A stretch of 20,000 nt of DNA, from assembly GCF_004010195.1 (NCBI RefSeq), contig NC_057718.1, positions 31,086,860-31,106,859 of the forward strand. The letters run 5' to 3'. The first letter of the stretch is position 1. Each line of letters begins with the position of its first letter. Both the position numbers and the translations under genes were made by a program. The stretch is from Chiloscyllium plagiosum. Lineage: Eukaryota. This document shows positions 9,690 through 19,827 of the stretch, in pieces. The notes under the pieces were generated by a model. That model was given only the letters and a program-made list of their open reading frames with translations, made no database searches and was not told the origin of the DNA.

Positions 9690-10935
9690 AAACTGCCCTC
9701 CTTTTTATCCATTTCACTCATTACAAAACCCACCAACTCCCACAGTTAGCCTTGATAATACTGTTTCGCACCCTGCTTCCTGTGTGGGCGCTATTTCATT
9801 TTCCCAGTTTCTATATTTCCATTCCATTTTGTTCTGATGACTCCATCTTCCATGGGAGGGCTGGGGTTGGAATGGGGGAGGAGGAGAGGAGGTAGGTGGT
9901 CACAATGTCCACCTTTCCCCTCACTGAGGATTCTTGCTTCTATGGTTGACAGGGCCTTCAGGCATTTCTGATCCTTTTCCTGCACTTCTTCTTCCCTTAC
10001 CTCTTCCATCACCCCCCATAACAACAATATGGTTCCCCGGTTCTCACTTTCCACCCCACCAGCATCTGTGTCCAAAGGATCATAAGCTGCCATTTCTATC
10101 ACCTCCAATAGGATGCCACCACCAGGCACATATTCCCCTCCACCTCCCTTGTCAGCATTCTGCAGGGACCATTTCCTCCAGCACAACCTGGCCACACCTC
10201 ATTCACTCCCAAAACCTCCCATATCACATGGCACCTTCCCATGCAATTACAGGAAGTGCAACACTCTCCCTAACCGCCTCCCTCTTCACTAGCCAAAGTC
10301 TCAGACAGATGTTTCAAGCAATTCAGTGATTTATCTGCACTTTATTCAATCTAGTCTGCTGTGTTCATTGCTCACAATGTGGTGCTTTGAACACTGGGGA
10401 GACTAATTGCGGAGTGGTAGCCGTTTTTCCAAACACCTATACTCAATCAGTAAAAATGACCCCAAGCTTCCTGTTGCTTGCCACTGCAACACTACACCAT
10501 GTTCTCACGTCGACAAATTCTGTCTCAGGCCTACTGGAGTGCTGCAGTGATGCTCAGTGCAAGCTGGAGAATCAGCTCTTCATCTTCTTCCTTGGTACCT
10601 GGACTCCATATTGAGATTAACAGTTTCAGAACATGATCACCCTCCTCCATGGCGGTTTTTGTCCCCACACCTCATTCCCTGCTTTGTATGGGACTCCCTC
10701 TGCTCAGCAAACTCATTTTCAACTATTCACATTTCTCCTTAGCATCCTACCCAGCACTTATTGCTCTCTATGCTATCTCTTTGTTTGCCTATTCTTTTCT
10801 CTGTCTGGGCACCATTTCAATGTGCTCTACTTACAAAATCAACATCCCCCTTTCCTAGCTTTCAGTTCTGGCTAAGGCTCACTGGACATGAAATATTAAC
10901 CGTTGAGTTTCTCCAGTAAACTCTGTTTTTGCTCC
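9690..10935 (+). mobile_element. Degenerate Penelope-like retroelement (RT thumb, linker, GIY-YIG endonuclease, 3' terminus)
   Basis: Frameshifted remnants: HYK.PTNSHS.LD, FCSDDSIFH, VPRFLTFHPTSICVQRII..HF, HIFPSTSLSAFCRDH, GTFPCNYRKCN, *FICTLFNLVCCVHCSQCGALNTGET (GIY-YIG, ~10325-10404), PSFLLLA/PVACH, SVSGLLECCSDAQCKLENQLFIFFLGT. A decayed terminal motif lies at 10860-10935. Confidence 0.88.
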
Positions 10936-11027
10936 TTTTTGTTTTGCTAACTGCTGCTTTGCTTTACCAATCGCTCAGGTTGGAGAACTTGTTCAACGTT
11001 TTCTTCCCCAACTATTATATGCTATCC

Positions 11028-11129
11028 CTAGTTCTGAAGAAGGGTCATTAAACACGAAACATTAACTCTGATTGCTGTCTATAGGTGCTGCCAGACCTGC
11101 TGAGCTTTTCCAGCAATTCCTGTTTGTAG
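11028..11129 (+). mobile_element. Short Penelope-like terminal insertion with 9-bp TSD
   Basis: Sequence is TTCTGAAGAAGGGTCATTAAACACGAAACATTAACTCTG...GCTGCCAGACCTGCTGAGCTTTTCCAGCAATT. It is flanked by ATGCTATCC at 11019-11027 and 11130-11138. Confidence 0.85.
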
Positions 11130-11149
11130 ATGCTATCCTCTGCTGCAGT

Positions 11150-13050
11150 GCAGTAACAGCACGCTTTTATGGTAAAATGGCTCATTCATAAACAATCATG
11201 GGCACCATTGAATGCAAGAATATTGGCCCGAACAATGCACCAATCATAAATAAAACGTGGACAAATAGTCATTTTAAAAAAAGATATTTGTTCCAGGAAA
11301 GTGATAACGGAAAAGCACACAACCTCCCCCACATTAGTCCATTTGGAAATGAGGAGAGTAGATTTCTTAGAAGTCTTACAATGAATATAAGCATTTAAAT
11401 ATGAAGCACACGAAATTCAAAATCTAACAATATGCCCGCAATGTAGATGTACACTGTTAATCATAGTTGTTAAGTGGAAGTTCATTTTTTCATAGTTCAT
11501 CTTAGCAAACGAGGAATTGGATACTTTAAAAATTCTGTCTTACTTAAACCATTATGTTCCACGTTTAACCTCCTGACTATTGCAGCTCCCTCACAGTTTG
11601 CTAAGAAATTTATGATCATCAACGTCCCGAATAGCTCCTGACCGGCTGAGTCTGTAGAAGGAACATTATCCAAGTGCTTACCTTGATGACCGACAGTTGT
11701 CAATCGCAAATCGTCATGGTGACACGCCCAACGTGTAACAGAGAGTTTTAGCTCTGGGAAACAACTAAACGTTCGTGTGGAATATTGCAGCAACCTTTGC
11801 TTCGACACCTTAGCAATCCATTAAAATAGTGTTAAAATCGTCCTCAGAACTGCTCTCGACCTCAGAAATTTTGAATTTAATTGAATTTATTTCTCACATT
11901 GCACGGTCACCAACCCAGTGCAACAATTCACGAGAGATCAAAGAGATCAAAGATGAACAGCTCCCTTACACAATCGAATGACTAAACCTACATCTCTCTT
12001 CAAATGTATTTTAATAGTTTAGCAGCTGCCGTCGGCTATATTTAGGCATGGCTGGGATGCAAAAACCATTGGGTAAGGAACAGGCGTTAAACTGTTCCAA
12101 AAGAACAATCAGTTTCCTAATATGTTGACGGACACAGTATTAGACAACAAAGGTAATGACATGCTGTTTATTCATTATACGGGCAATGGCGGTTTACACT
12201 ACTGCACTTGTATTATAAAACCACATACGCATGGGATAATGTTACCGGCCGTTCTGGTAATATAATAGTACCATGTTACTGTAGCACCCTATTAACAAGT
12301 TAGAGTTGATTGAAATTTTAGCATATTCCAGTAGTGGAAGAGCAGGGGAGTATTAGAGATAGGAGGTAGGAGTAGAGGAGTACACGAGGTCATATAACTG
12401 CCGTACTGATCACTCACACAGCAGCACCAACGCCAAACACGGAGTTAGAAATATTGCAGCTGGACACTGCGTTGTTTGTCGAATGTGCGAAGAGAATGCG
12501 AGAAAGAAGTGAATGACTGCTGGCCAGCACACGAGTGACGCGATGTTACATATAGATGTTTCAAAAAGAACGACTTTTTCTTGATTTACTATAGAATGAA
12601 TGTGTCTGTAAATCGTCCAAACTTCTCTCCACCGCACATCATTCACCACTACTGTCCCTTTGCTGGATACTCTATGATGTATAATATTACCGTATATTAT
12701 TGACAGCAACGTGGACTATTTAAAGTACCACTTTTAAGTTATAGTATATGGGCCGCTTTTTTTTCAATGACATCAGTGACATCGATGGAATTTTTTATAT
12801 TTGTTGGGTTGGAGAATGCAACTCCAACTGAAATCATTCGATGACCTGCACATGAGATATGTGACAGGTATTCGATCACAGGCAGAGGGAAAGGGCATCC
12901 TATTCACGAAGCAAAAGTAAAATGGCATTCACTCAACAACAGAAGATCGATATATTGCTTCAAGTTGAAAAATATGCTTCAAGAATGCAACCTAACGACA
13001 TTAGAAGCGCATTGAGAGGACTTCGGGAAAGGAACTTGAGGCGAAAATAC
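11150..13050. promoter_or_regulatory. Second unique CpG-retaining block, candidate cis-regulatory region
   Basis: No recognisable TE. By hand count there are ~10 CpG in 12421-12575. It carries tandem AGATCAAAG at 11935-11952 and tandem TGACATC at ~12768-12783. Confidence 0.4.
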
Positions 13051-13082
13051 CTATGTATTAAATGAAAAACTACAATTAATTT

Positions 13083-13522
13083 ATAGAGTCATAGAGATTT
13101 ACAGCACGGAAACAGGCCCTTCGGTCCAACTTGTCCATGCCGACCAGATATCCCAACCTAATCTAGTCCCACCTGCCAGCACCTGACCCATATCGTTCCA
13201 AACCCTTCCTATTCAAATATCCATCCAGAAGCCTTTTAAATGGTGCAATTGTACTCACCTCCACCACTTCATCTGGCAGCCCATTCCATACGCGCACGAC
13301 CCTCTGCACAAAAAAGTTACCCCTTAGATCTCTTATGTTTTTCCCTTCTCACCCTAAATCTGTGCTCTCTAGTTCTGGACTCCCCCACCCCAGGGAAAGA
13401 GACTGTCTATTTATCCTATCCATGCCCCTCATGATTTTATAAACCTCTATAAGGTCACCCCTCAGCCTCCAGCACTCCAGGGAAAATAGCCTTAGCCTAT
13501 TCAACCTCTCCATATAGCTCAA
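13083..13522 (-). mobile_element. Young CR1 (HER1-like) LINE 3' fragment
   Basis: Reverse complement of the 7270-7722 sequence. Starts with the inverted tail ATAGAGTCATAGAG. Confidence 0.95.
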
Positions 13523-13761
13523 AACCATCTGAGAAAACTAATTTTTCCTCATCTCAGTCACAAATAACTCAACACTTACTCTGAGACTTTGCTCCCCAGT
13601 TATTAATTTACCAACCAGGTAATAGCTTCTCAACATTTACCCTATCAAGACTCTCAGAAATGTATATGTTTCAAATAGATCACATCTCATCCTTCTAATT
13701 CTAGCAAGAATAAGGCCTTTCTACTCAATCTCTCCTCATAGGACAACATTCTGAACCCAGG

Positions 13762-14166
13762 TGTCATGTACAAGAGGGAAATGTGAATTGACTGGCTTGC
13801 TTTGATGACACCTTTTTCAAACCCATTCTGTGATGTAAAAGATAACTGAAGGACCATCAGCACCACGTGAAGCATAATTGGTTTCAATGGCTTACTTTCA
13901 AAATTTTGTTTTTTGGGGTTCAATTGTGTTGGTTTGACTGGAATCTGTTCATACAAGTGGGGGCTGTGACATTCCAGAGAAATGATGAGTTAGTATTTGT
14001 CATGGTAATTACTGGAAATTTCGAGAAGCAGCCAATTTACCCAATTTGTGTTTGATAGTAGCCATTTTAAATCCAGCATGAATCAACTTTTTTTAAAACA
14101 AGATAATATCTTTTTTTTAAGTAAAACAATCGAGGATTTTTCTCTTCATGCCTTCTGTGCAAGACA
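13762..14166. mobile_element. 405-bp TG...CA insertion (solo-LTR-like or MITE) inside old CR1
   Basis: Begins TGTCATGTACA and ends TGTGCAAGACA (reverse complement TGTCTTGCACA, 9/11). Flanks are CAGG (13758-13761) / CTGG (14167-14170). Removing it rejoins the CR1 'RLIPG' codons. Confidence 0.55.
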
Positions 14167-14769
14167 CTGGAAATCAATCTAATGAACTGGCATCAAACTG
14201 CCTTTAAAGAAAGTATCTCCGTCCTTGTGTATATGTTATTCCAGGTTTGGCTCCACATGCAGCAGGGCTTCCTTTTACTTGCGCATAAAACCTTTTTGAA
14301 TTAAAGTTAGAAAACTAGTTACTTTTCTGATTACTTGTTGAAAATGCTTTGAAATCTCTGAATTTCTGAAATTAATATTCAATAAGTTCTCACCATTTAA
14401 CAAATACTGTTTTCCTATTCTTCTAGCCAAAGTAAGAAATCTCAAATTTCCTCAGTTTATATTCTATCCGTCTCATGCTTACCCACTTACTTAAGTGGTT
14501 TATATCACTTTGGAAAATCTTTGAAATCTTTCATGGTTTTGCATGAGCCTTGCATAATCAGTAAACTTGCATATGCTCCAAGCAATCCTCCAATCAGTTC
14601 GTTCAAATCATTAATACTAAATTGTAAATTGTAAGTATGTCAGGTCCCAGTAGTGAGTCTCATGGAACTGCACTAATAACTGTCTGTCAGCCTGAACATG
14701 TACATTAGCTGAAAATGTGTTGCTGGTAAAGCGAAGCAGGTCAGGCAGCATCCAAGGAGCAGGAGAATT

Positions 14770-14797
14770 GACGTTTCGGGCATGAGCCCTTCTTCAG
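14770..14797 (-). ncRNA. Minimal type-I hammerhead ribozyme-like motif of the PLE terminus
   Basis: The minus strand reads CUGAAGA-A-GGGC-UCAU-GCCC-GAAAC-GUC. This gives the CUGANGA and GAAA core, a 4-bp stem II and a palindromic ACGU minimal stem III. Stem I is weak in this copy. Confidence 0.65.
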
Positions 14798-15440
14798 GAA
14801 TGAGGAAAGCGTGCCAAGCAGGCTAAGATAAAAGGTAGGGAGGAGGGACTTGGGGGAGGGGCGTTGGAAATGCGATAGGTGGAAGGAGGTTAAGGTGAGG
14901 GTGATAGGCCGGAGTGGGGGTGGGGACAGAGAGGTCAGGAAGAAGATTGCAGGTTAGGAAGGTGGTGCTGAGTTCAAGGGTTGGGACTGAGACAAGGTGG
15001 GGGGAGGGGAAATGAGGAAACTGGAGAAATCTGAGATCATCCCTTGTGGTTGAAGGGTTCCTAGGCGGAAGATGAGGCACTCTTTCTCCAGCCGTCATTT
15101 TGCTATGGTCTGGCGATGGAGGAGTCCAAGGACCTGCATGTCCTTGGTGGAGTGGGAGGGGGAGTTGAAGTGTTGAGCCACGGGGTAGGTTGGTCCGGGT
15201 GTCCCAGAGGTGTTCTCTGAAACGTTCCGCAAGTAAGCAGCCTATCTCCCCAATATAGAGGAGGCCACATCGGGTGCAGCGGATGCAGTAAATGATGTGT
15301 ACGGAGGTGCAGGTGAATTTGTGGCGAATATGGAAGGATTCCTTGGGGCCCTGGAGGGAAGTAAGGGGGGAGGTGTGGGCACAAGTTTTGCATTTCTTGC
15401 AGTTGCAGGGGAAGGTGCCAGGAGTGGAGGTTGGGTTGGT

Positions 15441-15506
15441 NNNNNNNNNNNNNNNNNNNNNNNNNNNNNNNNNNNNNNNNNNNNNNNNNNNNNNNNNNNN
15501 NNNNNN
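15441..15506. other. Assembly gap (66 N)
   Basis: Run of N within the G-rich linker of the PLE. Confidence 1.
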
Positions 15507-17311
15507 TGGTGGCGGTTGGAGGGGCGGGGCTCAAGGGCGGAGGAACAGGAAGTAGAAGAGATGCGGTGGAGGTCATCGTCGACCACGTCTGCGGGAAATT
15601 GCGGTCCTTGAAGAAGGAGGCTATCTGGGTTGTACGGTTTTGGAAATGGTCCTCCTGGGAGCAGATGCGGTAGAGACTAAGGAATTGGGAATATGGGATG
15701 GCGTTTTTACAGGATGGGAGGAATTGTCATCTAGGTCGCTGTGGGAGTCGGTCGGTTTATAGTAAATGTCTGTGTTGATTCGGTCGCCCGAGTTAGAAAT
15801 GGAAAGATCGAGCAAGGGGAGGCAAGCGTCTGAGACGGTCCAGGTGAATTTGAGGTCGGGATGGAAGGTGTTAGTCAAGTGGATGAACTGTTCGACCTCC
15901 TCGTGGGAGCACGAGGCAGCGCCGAGACAGTCATCGATGTAGCGGAGGAAAAAGTGGGGGGTGGTGCCAGTGCAGCTGCGGAAAATGGACTGTTCCACAT
16001 ATCCTACAAAGAGGCAGGCATAGCTGGGGCCCATGTGAGTGCCCATGGCTACTCCTTTGGTTTGGAGGAAGTGGGAGGATTGGAAAGAGAAGTTGTTCAG
16101 AGTGAGGATCAGTTCAGTCAGTCAAAGGAGGGTGTCAGTGGAAGGGTATACTGGTTGGTACGGTGGGAAAGGAAGAAGCGGAGGGCTTTGAGTCTTTCAT
16201 GATGGGGGTTGGAGGTGTACAGGGACTGGATGTCCATGGTGAAGATAAGGCATTGGGCACCAGGGAAGCAAAAATCATGGAGGAGGTGGAGGGCGTGGGT
16301 GGTGTCCCGAACGTAGGTGGGGAGATCTTGAACTAAGGGGGACAAGACCGTGTCGAGGTATGCAGAGATGGGTTCGATGGGGCAGGAGCTGGCTGAGTAC
16401 ATTAACCAACTTCCATCCATGTTAATGCACTTTCTCATCATACAGACTCTTATTGTTGTGTAGCAATCTTCCATGTGGCACCTTATCAAATGCCATTTGT
16501 AAATCCAAATATCTTCACTGATTTTGCATCACAACCCTGCTGATTGCATCATCAGTAAGCTCTTAATAGGTTTGTCAAACATTTGCAACTTTCATAGAAT
16601 CATGTGCATTGTCTAAGTAATCGGTTCCCATGTCCTTAATGATGGATTGAAATACTTTTTTGATGACTCATGTCATGCTACCTGGCTTGAAGTTGTCTCT
16701 TCCTCTCTCCATCCATGCTTTAATAGTGGCTTTGTATTTGCTAATTTCTAGCTTGTCAAGATCATTCCAGGTCCTTGGAACCTGAAGAATTTTGGATATA
16801 TTAATCACTTTTGCAACCATCTCTGAATGAATGTTGGAAAATGGAAGCTATTTGACCATGGAATTTACTAACCTTTCGTTCAATGAATTTCTTATTACTG
16901 CAATAGGTTTTATTTGTTATTTTTCTCACTCTTACTCGACCTTGGTCCCTCATTGTTGCTGGTATGTTTTTGTGGATTCTACTGTAAAGACAAAGAATTT
17001 TTATAGAGTCTTAGCTTTTTTGTTGATTTGAACAATTTAAATTTTCATGTCTCAGCCTTTAGGAGAGATGTATTTACTTATATGAACTTTGTTTAAATAT
17101 TTCTTACTGTTCACTCAATCGATTTTCACATTCTTTAACAAGATTTTTGGTCATATTTTACTGCTTGCTAAAAACTCACCCAGTTCTCATCTTTGCATTC
17201 ATATTTGCAATGCAAAAGCCTCTTAACCCAATATTATCCTTAACCAATGAAATTGGTAACAAACAAGTAACTTTTCCTTCAGAGTTCTTACTTCTCAACA
17301 AAATGTATATT

Positions 17312-17460
17312 CATAGAGTCATAGACTCATAGAGATGTACAACATGGAAATAGACCCTTCGGTCCAACCCATCCATGCCGATCAGATATCCCAACCCAAT
17401 TTAGTCCCAACTGCCAGCACCCGGCCCATATCCCTCCAAACCCTTCCTATTCATATACCC
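17312..17460 (-). mobile_element. Young CR1 3'UTR-only fragment
   Basis: CATAGAGTCATAGACTCATAGAGATGTACAACATGGAAATAGACCCTTCGGTCCAAC is the reverse complement of the CR1 3' end at 7580-7722. Confidence 0.93.
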
Positions 17461-17724
17461 AGAGTTTTATGATATTTTCCTTAGAATGTTCTCCATCGTT
17501 TATCAACTTTTACACCTTATCATTTAATTTTCCAATTTATCTCAGTCAACTTTTTAATACCTGAGTAAATGGATTTATTCAAGACTAAGACATTGGTTTC
17601 AGACTCATCGTGCACATCAGCTTGCACCATTTTCCAACTCAAAGTGAAATTATCTTGCGTTGTGGTAAGTCTTCCCCAAAGGATCCCTCACGAGAAGATT
17701 ACTAATTAGTCCTATCTACTGACA

Positions 17725-19203
17725 GATCATATATGTGTATCATCGATAGTCAAAGGTGCTGGAAGACAGGAGGTTGGCTAACGTGGTGCCACTATTTAAG
17801 AAAGATGGTAAGGAAAAGCTAGTTAACTACAGACTGTTGAGCCTGATATCGTTGGTGGTCATGTTGTTGGAGGGAATCCTGAAGGACAGGATTTCCATGT
17901 ATTTGGAAAGGCAAGGACTGATTAAGGACAGTCAGCAACACTTTGTGCATGGGAAATCATGTCTCATGAACTTGATTGAGTTTTTTTGAAGAAATAACAA
18001 AGAGGATTGATGAGGGCAGAGTGGTAGACGTGATCTATATGGACTTCAGTAAGGTGTTCAACAAGGTTCCTCATGGGAGACTGGTTAGCAAGGTTAGAGC
18101 TCATGGAATACAGGGAGAATTAGCCATTTGGATACAGAACTGGCTCAAAGGTAGAAGACAGAGGGTAATGGTGAAGAGTTGTTTTTCAGACTGGAGGCCT
18201 GTGACCAGTGTGTGCCACAAGGATTGGTGCTGAGTCCACTGCTTTTCATCATTTATAAAAATGATTTGGATGTGAACATAGGAGGCATAGTTAGTAAGTT
18301 TGCAGATGACACCAAAATTGGAGGTATAATGGACAGCGAAGAAGGTTACCTCAGAGTACAACAGGATTTTGATCAGATGGGCCAATGGGCTGAGGAGTGG
18401 CAGGTGGAGTTTAACTTAGATAAATGTGAGGTGCTGCATTTTGGAAAGCAAATCTTAGCAGGACTTATACAGTTAATGGTAAGGTCCTGGGGAGTGTTGC
18501 TGAACAAAGAGACCTTGGAGTGCAGGTTCATAGCTCCTTGAAAGTAGAGTTGAAGGTAGATAGGGTAGTGAAGAATGCTTTTGATAGGCTTTCCTTTATT
18601 GGTCAGAGTATAGGAGTTGGGAGGTCATGTTGCAGCTGTACAGCCATTGGTTAGGTCACTTTTGGAATATTACTTGCAATTCTGGAAGGATGTTGTGAAA
18701 CTTGAAAGGGTTCAGAGGCGATTTAAAAGGTATTGCCAGGGTTGGAGGATTTGAGCTATTGGGAGAGGCTGAATAGGCTGGGACTGTTTTCCCACCAGCT
18801 TTGGAGGCTGAGGGGGTGACCTTATAGAAGTTTGTAAAATCATGAAGGGCATGGAGAGGATAAATAGACAAGGTGTTTTCCCTGGTGTGGGGAGTCCAGA
18901 ACTAGAGGGCATAGGTTCAGGGTGAGAGGGAAAAGAGATAAAAGGAACCTAAGGGGCAACATTTTCTTGCAGAATGTGGTGTGTATATGGAATAAGCTGC
19001 CAGAAGAAAAGATGGAAGCTGGTCCAATTACAACATTTAAAAGGCATGTGTATGGGTATATGACTAGGAAGGGTTGAGAGGGATATGGGCCAAGTGCTGG
19101 CAAATGGGACTATATTAGGTTAGAGTATCTGGTCAGCATGAATGAATTGAGTCGAAGGGTCTGTTTCAATGCTGTACATTTCTATGATTCTATGACTCTA
19201 TAT
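17725..19203 (+). mobile_element. CR1 (HER1-like) LINE, 5'-truncated, RT domain + 3'UTR, frameshifted
   Basis: Reads ANVVPLFKK..NYRLLSL, DSQQHFVHGKSCLMNLIEFF, IYMDFSKVFNKVPHGRL, VPQGLVLSPLLFII, SKFADDTKI, QWAEEWQVEFNLDKCEVLHFG. Tail is TCTATGATTCTATGACTCTAT. Confidence 0.97.
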
Positions 19204-19329
19204 GCTTGTTGGTTTCACAGGTTTTTTTCTTGGTTCTATCAAATGTATTCCACAAACTTGTTCTTCAAACTATTTTTGGCAATTTGAGTCATGCAGTCTA
19301 TGTGAGTATGAAAATCTTCCACGATTACA

Positions 19330-19712
19330 AGGTACAGACAGACGTTTCTGTGGCTAGCAGCAAAAAAGCAGAATGGTGTGTTGCCTCCCTGGTGCCAGGA
19401 TCAAAGATGTCTCAGAGAGGGTGCATAATGTTCTCACGGGGGAGAGGGGGCAGCAAGAGGTCATTGTCCACAGTGGAACCAATGACATAGGAAGAGAAAA
19501 AGGTTGAGATTCTGAAGGGAGATTACAAAGAGTTAGGCAAAAATTTAAAAAGGAGGTCCTTGAGAGTAGTAATATCTGGATTACTTCCGGTGCTATGAGC
19601 TAGTGAGGGCAGGAATAGGATAAAGCAGATGAATGCATGGCTGAGGAGCTGGTGTATGGGAGAAGGATTCACATTTTTGGATCATTGGAAGCTGTTTTGG
19701 GGTAGAAGTAGG
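19330..19712 (+). pseudogene. CR1 ORF1 SGNH-esterase domain remnant
   Basis: Reads GTDRRFCG*..SRMVCCLPGARIKDVSERV..EVIVHSGTNDIG..RVVISGLLPV..NAWLRSWCMGEGFTFLDHW..FWGR. These are SGNH blocks II/III of CR1 ORF1. It contains stops, and the DGLH block is absent. Confidence 0.88.
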
Positions 19713-19827
19713 GTGGGGGGTGTGGGATCCAGGGAGATAGTGAGGAAAGAGATCAATCTGAGACTGGTACAGTTGAGAACAGAGTGAGTCAAACAGTCGT
19801 GGCAGCCAGGGACAAGGTAGGGCTAAT

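Larger units (their letters stand above)
14708..16396 (-). mobile_element. Young 5'-truncated Penelope-like element (RT + GIY-YIG + hammerhead-like terminus), frameshifted
   Basis: RT motifs: LIFTMDIQSLYTS, MGTHMGPSYACLFVGYVE, FFLRYIDD, PDLKFTW, LPLLDLSI, YYKPTDSH. GIY-YIG: IIYCIRCTRCGLLYIGE (~15245-15295). Many CpGs are retained. TSD GTACATTA at 14700-14707 and 16397-16404. Confidence 0.95.
13530..17720 (-). mobile_element. Old CR1 LINE ORF2 (end of APE domain, RT, C-terminus), split by three younger insertions
   Basis: Collinear minus-strand remnants: GLISNLLVRDPLGKTYHN (~17660-17712), KCLTN (~16570-16590), YLDLQMAFDKVPHGRL (~16465-16512), VP*DSLLGP and ICKF.D (~14555-14680), SDINHLSKW (~14480-14510), FIRLIS (~14170-14190), PGFRMLSYEERLSRKALFLLE (13690-13760). 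Confidence 0.8.

Noticed and set aside
12241..12262. Small hairpin TTACCGG...CTGGTAA
   Set aside because: Too short to distinguish from chance.
12410..12709. 99-aa minus-strand ORF with hydrophobic C-terminus
   Set aside because: Non-ATG start and no recognisable homology. Only the splice-like signals were kept, as a low-confidence finding.
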